IMG/VR virus record: IMGVR_UViG_2617270947_000015
DNA: 11,129 nt
Strand: one strand, 5' to 3'
From: a virus
Taxonomy: Duplodnaviria; Heunggongvirae; Uroviricota; Caudoviricetes
Below the pieces are notes generated by a model, which was given only the letters and a program-made list of their open reading frames with translations, had not been told where the DNA came from and searched no databases. The number at the start of each line of letters is the position of its first letter. Within the stretch, counting starts at the first letter, position 1. Positions 1 to 5,968 of this stretch are shown here, piece after piece. A program made the position numbers and the translations under genes.

Positions 1-327
1 TCACTTTTTCCAGAGGCGGTCGAACTCCGCCTTCGCAAAATAAGCGGAAGCCTGGCGAAGGATATCGTTACTGCGGCGCAGTTCACGATTTTCACGTTCC
101 AGCTCTTTCAGACGCTGACGTTCAGCGGTGGTGAGCCCTCCATCACCGCCCCCGGTATCCCGCTCATGCTGGCGAACCCAGACACGCAGAGTCTCCGGCG
201 TACAGCCAATCTTTGGAGCAATGGAACAAATTGTCGCCCATTGTGAGTCATATTCGCTCTGACTTTCCAGAACCATACGGACTGCCCGTTGACGGACTTC
301 GGGGGAAAAACGAGTATTTTTAGTCAT
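1..327 (-). CDS. IS3-family transposase OrfA (108 aa, HTH protein)
   Basis: Translation [21 protein letters not shown]...[32 protein letters not shown] has the typical IS3-family OrfA HTH plus leucine-zipper layout. It lies 54 bp inside the terminal inverted repeat. Confidence 0.85.
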   Translation of the reverse strand: MTKNTRFSPEVRQRAVRMVLESQSEYDSQWATICSIAPKIGCTPETLRVWVRQHERDTGGGDGGLTTAERQRLKELERENRELRRSNDILRQASAYFAKAEFDRLWKK

Positions 328-381
328 CCTGTTTACCTCTTTCTCAGGAAGTTTAGTCTCCAGGATTCCCGGGGCGGTTCA
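1..381 (-). mobile_element. Partial IS3-family insertion sequence (IS629/IS1203/IS3411-like); one terminus at 381, remainder off the left edge
   Basis: Read on the minus strand from 381 the sequence is TGAACCGCCCCGGGAATCCTGGAGACTAAACTTCC...AGGTAAACAGG-ATG, which matches my recollection of the IS629-type terminal inverted repeat followed directly by orfA. The orfA ORF is complete; orfB would lie beyond position 1. Confidence 0.8.
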
Positions 382-716
382 GGGGCTTCGTTCGTCCTGA
401 AAAACAGAATCTGCAAAATTTTGCCGAAATTATTCCGGTTATTTCCGGCCTTACTGGCGGGAGTGAAACCAATATTGTTAACGCCAGAGCGTTGCAGATG
501 TTTGATGATAAAAAGGGAGTAAATTTAACTTACACCCCTGACGGCAATCAGAATATGAGCATTATCTCTGAGTCAGGTTTCTACAAACTAATAAAAACAA
601 AAAGCGCCCCGTTGCCGGAGCGCCTTTGTGAACAATTAACCTACTGCGCAAAAAATGAATCTGAGCAGTGGGATTATATCAACCATGTGGAGAAGCGCCA
701 CAATTGCCGAATAACG

Positions 717-747
717 GGCAAAACAAAGGCCACCCGCTACGGTGGCC
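717..747 (-). terminator. Rho-independent terminator for the leftward small-gene operon
   Basis: Perfect 7-bp stem GGCCACC (728-734) / GGTGGCC (741-747) with a 6-nt loop. On the minus strand it is followed by TTTGTTTTG. It sits 80 bp downstream of the minus-strand ORF that ends at 827. Confidence 0.6.
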
Positions 748-826
748 CCTCGACACAAGCTACACGTTATCCCCAACGCATGAGCATTGCCAACAATGCC
801 ACATTTGCGGCTGGTGGGCAATGCAA

Positions 827-1000
827 TCAGTCTGGTTCAGTTCGTTGCCATACCTGCAATGAGCGCTTTTCCCTGTACTCTTTAAGGAATTGCTCAAGGG
901 CAAAAGCACATGGCGCGAATCTTTCTGATTCATGCTCTATCTTTCTGCGCCGTCTTTTCCGTGCCGGTGATAATGTTTTGGTCAATTCTTTATCGGTCAT
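827..1000 (-). CDS. Hypothetical small basic protein (57 aa from the second ATG)
   Basis: Lys/Arg/Glu-rich translation MTDKELTKTLSPARKRRRRKIEHESERF.... An AGGA lies about 9 nt upstream of the ATG at 1000; the ORF-track start at 1015 has no Shine-Dalgarno. It is second in the leftward operon and is followed by the terminator at 717-747. Confidence 0.5.
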   Translation of the reverse strand: MTDKELTKTLSPARKRRRRKIEHESERFAPCAFALEQFLKEYREKRSLQVWQRTEPD

Positions 1001-1057
1001 TGTGTTGTCCTGCATAGCAATGCGCCGTAGTTACTCACACCACGGCGCTGGTGATGG

Positions 1058-1237
1058 TTACTCCTGCTCTTTGGCCTTGCGGCGCTGGCGGCGTTTGATT
1101 TCGCCGCGCATGGCTGCGTTTATAAACTGTCCCGTGCTTTCGCCTTCTTCTTTCACGTTCTCCATGCCTTCAATAATTTCATGGGCAATACGTGCAGTTA
1201 CAGATTGTGATTTTGCATTCTTTGGACCCGTTGCCAT
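1058..1237 (-). CDS. Hypothetical small protein (59 aa); candidate regulator, first gene of the leftward operon
   Basis: The internal ATG at 1237 is preceded on the minus strand by GAGGGG at good spacing (GAGGGGTTAAAC-ATG). Translation is MATGPKNAKSQSVTARIAHEIIEGMENVKEEGESTGQFINAAMRGEIKRRQRRKAKEQE. It sits directly beside the operator-bearing divergent promoter region. The ORF-track start at 1276 is probably too long. Confidence 0.5.
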   Translation of the reverse strand: MATGPKNAKSQSVTARIAHEIIEGMENVKEEGESTGQFINAAMRGEIKRRQRRKAKEQE

Positions 1238-1257
1238 GTTTAACCCCTCATGTTTTT

Positions 1258-1339
1258 GGTGTAAGACAATATACACGAAAAAAAAATATTTTGAAGGGTT
1301 GACGTGTAAGACACCATTGTTTTACATTGTGTCTTACAC
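1258..1339. promoter_or_regulatory. Divergent promoter region with three copies of an 11-bp operator-like motif
   Basis: GGTGTAAGACA at 1258-1268, GTGTAAGACAC at 1304-1314 and its exact inverse GTGTCTTACAC at 1329-1339. Rightward candidate promoter: TTGACG (1299-1304) and TACATT (1323-1328), 18-bp spacer. Leftward candidate on the minus strand: TTCAAA and TATATT around 1270-1297. The motifs overlap the spacer or sit just downstream of the -10 of both promoters. Confidence 0.55.
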
Positions 1340-1436
1340 CTTATTGATGAAAGGCACAGAAACGACGAAACCCCGCACTGTAGGAGCAGTAACGGGGCTT
1401 CTAACCACCAACGATAGCAACAGTATCGAGGTAGCT

Positions 1437-1637
1437 ATGAGAAATCATACCACACACCCGAAAGGGCGGGACTCGCACAACCTGAATAAATACATCTGGC
1501 GTTTTATCGCCCTGAGCACGGCACAACCGCGCGTGATTACCATTGAGGCCACCAGCGAACAGGAAGCACGCCAGCAATCTCCGGCTGGCTGCGTGATGGT
1601 ATTTGCTGCCCGTATTCGTCAGGGGGTAGGCTTATGA
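1437..1637 (+). CDS. Hypothetical protein (66 aa), first gene of the rightward operon
   Basis: GAGGT Shine-Dalgarno 5 nt before the ATG at 1437. Translation MRNHTTHPKGRDSHNLNKYIWRFIALSTAQPRVITIEATSEQEARQQ.... Its stop overlaps the next start (ATGA). The long 492..1637 track ORF is in the same frame but its upstream part looks non-coding. Confidence 0.5.
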   Translation: MRNHTTHPKGRDSHNLNKYIWRFIALSTAQPRVITIEATSEQEARQQSPAGCVMVFAARIRQGVGL

Positions 1638-1864
1638 GCCAGGAAATCACACTACAACAGGCAGCAGAACGCGCCCACCAAATCGAAGTTATTTGCGCAC
1701 TGGCAGAGGATTACCCTAGCATGATGACCGACAGCGAATCAGGGGCAATCATCGGCTTACTTAAACGCCTTAGCGGTGAGGTCTGCGTATTCCTGAGCGA
1801 TGAACAGGAAAGAAGAACGCTTATTTCTAACGAAAAAAAATGCGGAGGGGTACATGTGCAATAA
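1634..1864 (+). CDS. Hypothetical protein (76 aa)
   Basis: AGGGGGTAGG Shine-Dalgarno upstream and ATGA overlap with the preceding gene, indicating translational coupling. Translation MSQEITLQQAAERAHQIEVICALAEDYPSMMTDSESGAIIGLLKRL.... Confidence 0.55.
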   Translation: MSQEITLQQAAERAHQIEVICALAEDYPSMMTDSESGAIIGLLKRLSGEVCVFLSDEQERRTLISNEKKCGGVHVQ

Positions 1865-2084
1865 AACCACACCGGACGCAGCAGAAGAAGCAATGCAAAT
1901 ACTGATACGTGCGCTCGTTGATGTTACCCACATGGTGGAGATTATGGAGAGAAAATCACAGTCGGAGCACGACAAAAGAAAACTTAAAACAATAAAAATA
2001 ATTGCCAAAAACTCGCTGATAAAAGTTACAGACATCCTTAATGAGGACATTAAAAGAATAAGGGAGAAAATTTGTGATGCATAA
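1854..2084 (+). CDS. Hypothetical protein (76 aa), AT-rich cargo gene A
   Basis: Internal ATG at 1854 preceded by GGAGGGG; the ORF-track start at 1800 would overlap the previous gene by 65 nt. Translation MCNKTTPDAAEEAMQILIRALVDVTHMVEIMERKSQSEHDKRKLKTIKIIAKN... is predicted helical. The local sequence is visibly more AT-rich than its flanks. Confidence 0.5.
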   Translation: MCNKTTPDAAEEAMQILIRALVDVTHMVEIMERKSQSEHDKRKLKTIKIIAKNSLIKVTDILNEDIKRIREKICDA

Positions 2085-2304
2085 AATCCCTTTTGAAGTA
2101 TTAATCCACTCTGAAAACGCATTAATTAAAGCACGCGAAATGAATGCGTTGTTAATTAAATTAATTGAAGTGCCGGAAGGTGGCGAAGATCATTCATCAT
2201 TAATGTTTGCCGCTGTTCAGACATTATTGACACCTGTTATTGATGAACTCAATAAGGCTATGGCAATTCACGAGAATAATAAAGCGCCCCACACCGGAGA
2301 ATAA
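2077..2304 (+). CDS. Hypothetical protein (75 aa), AT-rich cargo gene B
   Basis: ATG at 2077 overlaps the stop of the previous ORF (GTGATGCATAA) with AGGGAG upstream. Translation MHKIPFEVLIHSENALIKAREMNALLIKLIEVPEGGEDHSSLMFAAVQTLL.... AT-rich. Confidence 0.5.
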   Translation: MHKIPFEVLIHSENALIKAREMNALLIKLIEVPEGGEDHSSLMFAAVQTLLTPVIDELNKAMAIHENNKAPHTGE

Positions 2305-2309
2305 AAATA

Positions 2310-2609
2310 ATGAAACTTAAATATTCTGGCTTAACTGCCAGTGGCAAAACTCGCACTAAATTCATGCGCGGTGATATTTACCGCGACCAGTACGGCGGCA
2401 CGGTAATGATTAAGGGCGTGGAGGAACGGCGCGTAACCTACCGTCGTGAAGGCTACGAATATGATTGCGTGATGCCTGTTTATCAGTTCGATCGTGATTT
2501 TTCTCTGGTGCAGGCCGTACCGCGTAACGTGCCCACCAGCAGGGAGAAAGCACGCGCCAATATTCAGGAAATAAAAAAGATGCTTAACGTATTCAGGGGT
2601 AAGAAATGA
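2310..2609 (+). CDS. Hypothetical protein (99 aa) immediately upstream of and coupled to the primase gene
   Basis: GGAGA Shine-Dalgarno upstream; its stop overlaps the primase start at 2606. Translation MKLKYSGLTASGKTRTKFMRGDIYRDQYGGTVMIKGVEERRVTYRREGYEYD.... Confidence 0.6.
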   Translation: MKLKYSGLTASGKTRTKFMRGDIYRDQYGGTVMIKGVEERRVTYRREGYEYDCVMPVYQFDRDFSLVQAVPRNVPTSREKARANIQEIKKMLNVFRGKK

Positions 2610-4360
2610 AACTGGCACCGAACGTAAAAAAACAACCACGCGGAATAAAACACAAAGACACAGAGGTAATTATTTTCGCGGGTAGTGATGCGTGGTCACA
2701 TGCAAAACAGTGGCAGGAGCAGGACGGCCCCGCATCCGGCGATAATGTGCCGCCTGTGTGGCTTGGGCCAAATCAGCTTGCCGAACTTGATGCGCTGAAA
2801 ATTGTTCCGGATGGGAAAAAGCGCGTAAGGCTGTACCAGGCCGGAGAACTGGATTTAGTGGAGACCAAAAAGATTGGTCAGAAGCTGGCGGCGGCAGATA
2901 TTCAGGACGCAAATTTTTACCCTGATGGTATGCACGGTCAGAAGGTGGAGAACTGGCGCGAATATCTGGCCCGTGAGCGCCAGAATCTTTCTGATGGTCT
3001 GGTCATTGAGCTTCCGGTAAAGCAAAAGGCGCAACTTTCGCAGATGGCGGACAGTGAGCGCGCGCAGCTGCTTGCCGATCGCTTTGATGGCGTTTGCGTA
3101 CATCCTGAAAGTGAAATCGTTCACGTATGGCGCGGCGGGGTATGGTGTCCGGTCAGCACAATGGAACTTAGCCGCGAAATGGTGGCGATCTATTCAGAGC
3201 ACAGGGCCACTTTCAGCAAGCGCGTAATCAATAACGCCGTGGAAGCGTTAAAAGTTATTGCCGAACCAATGGGCGAGCCGTCCGGCGATTTGCTGCCGTT
3301 CGCCAATGGTGCGCTTGACCTGAAAACGGGGGAATTTTCCCCGCACACGCCGGAGAACTGGATCACCACGCACAACGGCATTGAGTACACGCCACCAGCA
3401 CCAGGGGAGAACATCCGCGATAACGCGCCAAACTTTCATAAATGGCTTAAGCACGCAGCCGGAAAAGACCCGCGCAAGATGATGCGTATATGTGCCGCGC
3501 TGTACATGATTATGGCGAACCGGTACGACTGGCAGATGTTTATTGAGGCCACCGGAGACGGCGGGAGCGGTAAAAGTACATTCACGCACATAGCCAGCCT
3601 TCTGGCAGGGAAACAGAACACGGTAAGCGCTGAAATGACATCGCTTGATGATGCTGGTGGACGTGCGCAGGTTGTCGGGAGTCGTCTTATCGTCCTAGCT
3701 GACCAGCCGAAATATACAGGCGAAGGAACGGGCATCAAGAAAATCACGGGCGGTGACCCCGTGGAAATTAACCCGAAATACGAAAAGCGTTTCACGGCTG
3801 TAATCAGGGCGGTGGTGCTGGCGACCAACAATAACCCGATGATATTCACCGAACGGGCCGAAGGTGTGGCACGTCGTCGCGTGATTTTCCGTTTCGACAA
3901 TATCGTCAGTGAGGCCGAAAAAGACAGGGAGCTACCGGAAAAGATCGCGGCTGAAATCCCTGTCATTATCCGCCGATTGCTGGCGAACTTTACCGACCCT
4001 GAGAAGGCACGGGCTTTACTACTGGAACAGCGTGACGGTGATGAAGCACTGGCAATAAAGCAACAGACGGATCCGGTTATTGAGTTTTGCCAGTTCCTGA
4101 ATTTTCTGGAGGAAGCGCGCGGCCTGATGATGGGGGGCGGTGGCGATTCAGTGAAGTACACGACCAGGAACAGCCTTTACCGCGTCTATCTGGCGTTTAT
4201 GGCATACGCAGGCAGGAGCAAACCGCTAAACGTAAATGACTTTGGAAAGGCTATGAAGCCTGCCGCAAAAGTTTACGGACATGAATATATTACGCGGAAA
4301 GTTAAGGGGGTAACGCAGACTAACGCAATAACAACAGACGAGTGCGACGCGTTTTTATAA
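2606..4360 (+). CDS. Satellite/phage replication protein: P4/D5-family primase-helicase-like NTPase (584 aa)
   Basis: Walker A GDGGSGKST and Walker B-like RLIVLAD motifs in the C-terminal half, with the overall D5_N / P4-family primase C-terminal (SF3 helicase-like) layout. It is followed immediately by an iteron array. The N-terminal ~300 aa are of unclear domain identity. Confidence 0.85.
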   Translation: MKLAPNVKKQPRGIKHKDTEVIIFAGSDAWSHAKQWQEQDGPASGDNVPPVWLGPNQLAELDALKIVPDGKKRVRLYQAGELDLVETKKIGQKLAAADIQDANFYPDGMHGQKVENWREYLARERQNLSDGLVIELPVKQKAQLSQMADSERAQLLADRFDGVCVHPESEIVHVWRGGVWCPVSTMELSREMVAIYSEHRATFSKRVINNAVEALKVIAEPMGEPSGDLLPFANGALDLKTGEFSPHTPENWITTHNGIEYTPPAPGENIRDNAPNFHKWLKHAAGKDPRKMMRICAALYMIMANRYDWQMFIEATGDGGSGKSTFTHIASLLAGKQNTVSAEMTSLDDAGGRAQVVGSRLIVLADQPKYTGEGTGIKKITGGDPVEINPKYEKRFTAVIRAVVLATNNNPMIFTERAEGVARRRVIFRFDNIVSEAEKDRELPEKIAAEIPVIIRRLLANFTDPEKARALLLEQRDGDEALAIKQQTDPVIEFCQFLNFLEEARGLMMGGGGDSVKYTTRNSLYRVYLAFMAYAGRSKPLNVNDFGKAMKPAAKVYGHEYITRKVKGVTQTNAITTDECDAFL

Positions 4361-4373
4361 TTTTTTGTAATTG

Positions 4374-4600
4374 CTGTCTACCCTGTCTACCTGAGTAAAG
4401 AAAAATACATTTAATTCAGTGCATTAAGTTAGGTAGACAGCCTTTTTTTACTGTCTACCCACTATCTACCCTCTCTACCTGATTTTACCTGAATCAGACA
4501 GGGAGGTAGACACGGGGTAGATAGTGGATAAAAGCACTCTACCCCGCTGAAAGCCGCGCCATTACTGGCATGAGGGCCACTAAGGTAGATAAGGTAGACA
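4374..4600. repeat. Iteron array, putative replication origin
   Basis: At least 11 copies of an 8-mer TGTCTACC / GGTAGACA (variants TATCTACC, GGTAGATA, CTCTACC) in both orientations, e.g. 4376-4383, 4384-4391, 4432-4439, 4452-4459, 4463-4470, 4505-4512, 4517-4524, 4584-4591, 4593-4600. Non-coding and directly downstream of the primase-helicase gene. Confidence 0.8.
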
Positions 4601-4648
4601 AGGGGAGGCACAACTCAAAACTTTTTAAACGAGGGGGTAAAAATAAAT

Positions 4649-4927
4649 ATGCACACTTCAGGGAAATTTAATAAATCACTCAAAAAACGCAGAGACAGAA
4701 CAGAACCGAAATATCGCGCGTTAGACATGACAGAGCACGCTTTAAAGGTGGCAATCAGAACGATAGACCGCCACGCGGGGGAAGGATACGCGAAAGCACA
4801 TCCCGAACTGATAAGCGCATTCATGACCACGACGGCGGCAAATTTTGCCACGCTGACAGAGCGGGAGATTGCCGAAGCGGAACAGGTAACAACCATCAAC
4901 GTTAAAACCGGAGAGGTGGAATCATGA
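4649..4927 (+). CDS. Hypothetical protein (92 aa)
   Basis: GAGGGGG upstream of the ATG at 4649. Its stop overlaps the SSB start (ATGA at 4924). Translation MHTSGKFNKSLKKRRDRTEPKYRALDMTEHALKVAIRTIDRHAGEGYAKAHPEL.... Confidence 0.55.
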   Translation: MHTSGKFNKSLKKRRDRTEPKYRALDMTEHALKVAIRTIDRHAGEGYAKAHPELISAFMTTTAANFATLTEREIAEAEQVTTINVKTGEVES

Positions 4928-5346
4928 CAGCACAGATAGCAGCTTACGGGCGGCTGGTGGACGACCCGCAGGTAAAACAGACCAGCAAGGGCACACCGAT
5001 GACGCTGGCGCGTATGGCGGTCCCCCTTCCGTGCAGCCAGGCAGATGACGGAACGGCGACGATGTGGTTATCCGTCCTGGCATTTGGCAGACAGGCCGAA
5101 GCACTGGAAAGGCACCGCAAGGGTGAACTCCTGAGCGTGGCGGGTAACATGCAGATCAGCCAGTGGACTGGGCAGAACGGAGAAACGCGGCAGGGCTGGC
5201 AGGTTATCGCAGACAGTGTAATCAGTGCGCGAACGGCGCGACTGGGCGGCAAAAAAGGTCAACAGGGCCAGGCTACTGACGCGCTGAACAGGGCAAAACA
5301 ACAGGCGGGGAATGATGATCCGTACGGGGATAACATACCGTTTTAA
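4924..5346 (+). CDS. ssb: Single-stranded DNA-binding protein (SSB-like, 140 aa)
   Basis: GGAGAGG Shine-Dalgarno. OB-fold-like core (LSVLAFGRQAEALERHRKGELLSVAGNMQISQWTGQNGETRQGWQVIADSV) followed by a Gly/Gln-rich linker and an acidic C-terminal tip DDPYGDNIPF, resembling the SSB DDDIPF tail. Confidence 0.8.
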   Translation: MTAQIAAYGRLVDDPQVKQTSKGTPMTLARMAVPLPCSQADDGTATMWLSVLAFGRQAEALERHRKGELLSVAGNMQISQWTGQNGETRQGWQVIADSVISARTARLGGKKGQQGQATDALNRAKQQAGNDDPYGDNIPF

Positions 5347-5362
5347 GCGACGAGAGACAGAA

Positions 5363-5384
5363 GCCGGAGCAATCCGGCTTTTTT
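5363..5384 (+). terminator. Rho-independent terminator after the replication operon
   Basis: Stem GCCGGA (5363-5368) / TCCGGC (5373-5378), loop GCAA, then TTTTTT (5379-5384). Nearly identical to the hairpin at 7804-7826. Confidence 0.7.
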
Positions 5385-5450
5385 ACGGGTCCTCCTGGCG
5401 GGGTGGGCCTGAACACGGGGCGGGAAGCGCGGAAAAAAGCGCATTTTTGT
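5385..5450 (+). other. Degenerate cos-like sequence (direct, diverged copy of the cos site at 7827-7900)
   Basis: ACGGGTCCT...ACGGGGCGGGAAGCGCGG...GCATTTTTG aligns with ACGGGTCCTTTCCGG...ACGGGGCGGCGACCTCGCGGGTTTTCGCTATTTATG of copy A, but with many substitutions inside the cosN-equivalent. Confidence 0.5.
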
Positions 5451-5565
5451 GATTTTATCGTCATCATCATCATGAGCGTAATTTATTGTTTTTAATTGTT
5501 TTGATGCAAAAAAGATGATGGTTGTGGTTAATTTTCGTTCGACATCTTTGCAGGCAGATAAAAAA

Positions 5566-5602
5566 GCCCGATAAGGTCAGAGGTGGCTTATCGGGCTTTT
5601 GC
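5566..5602. terminator. Strong hairpin flanked by A/T runs on both sides (potentially bidirectional terminator)
   Basis: Perfect 10-bp stem GCCCGATAAG (5567-5576) / CTTATCGGGC (5588-5597), preceded by AAAAAA and followed by TTTTG. It lies in a ~400-bp stretch with no convincing ORF. Confidence 0.6.
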
Positions 5603-5677
5603 ATATGAGGCTTTTTGGTGCACTGACACACATGAGCGGGATCATCATTTCATAATTTGCAACACAACTCAATATCA

Positions 5678-5726
5678 TTGCACAAAACGCAATCCTGATT
5701 ATAATCAGAGCTGGATGAACATCCAG
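5678..5726 (+). promoter_or_regulatory. Candidate promoter of the capsid operon with an operator palindrome at the predicted start
   Basis: TTGCAC (5678-5683), 16-bp spacer, perfect TATAAT (5700-5705). A perfect 7-2-7 palindrome CTGGATGAACATCCAG (5711-5726) follows immediately downstream of the -10. Confidence 0.5.
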
Positions 5727-5761
5727 TTATGATTTTTTAAGTCGAAGAGGAATTTCTTACT

Positions 5762-5968
5762 ATGGCTGAAGAGAAAAAAGGCGGTGTTTCGGTGTACATA
5801 AGCCCCGAAATCGTGGAGGTGCTCAAGCAGCGCCACAAAAAAAACTATGAGGCTGGCGTGGCGGCTGGACTGGATCCGCTGATGACGCCGGAGCCGTCGA
5901 TAGGTTCACTTGTACGCTCTTATTTACTTGCGGCGCTTGGGATGCATAAAAATTATGGGGGTGAATAA
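5762..5968 (+). CDS. Hypothetical small protein (68 aa), translationally coupled to the major capsid gene
   Basis: GAGGAA Shine-Dalgarno; its stop TAA overlaps the capsid gene ATG at 5968 (TAATGG). Translation MAEEKKGGVSVYISPEIVEVLKQRHKKNYEAGVAAGLDPLMTPEPSIGSLVRSYLLAALGMHKNYGGE. Confidence 0.55.
   Translation: MAEEKKGGVSVYISPEIVEVLKQRHKKNYEAGVAAGLDPLMTPEPSIGSLVRSYLLAALGMHKNYGGE

Noticed and set aside
492-1637. 381-aa plus-strand ORF spanning the left part of the island
   Set aside because: Most of the translation is Cys/Ser/Arg-rich low-complexity sequence typical of a non-coding frame. It runs antisense through two well-supported minus-strand genes and their terminator and is in frame with the real 66-aa gene at 1437..1637. 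A short stretch near 540-600 (ISESGFYKLIKTKSAP) faintly resembles a Bro-N-type motif, but the flanking sequence does not, so I do not call a pseudogene.
3436-4161. 241-aa minus-strand ORF
   Set aside because: It lies entirely antisense within the primase-helicase gene; its translation is Ser/Arg-rich with no Shine-Dalgarno or motif support.
4374-4600. Possible CRISPR array suggested by the short repeats
   Set aside because: The repeats are 8-bp, irregularly spaced and in both orientations with no uniform spacers, which is an iteron pattern.
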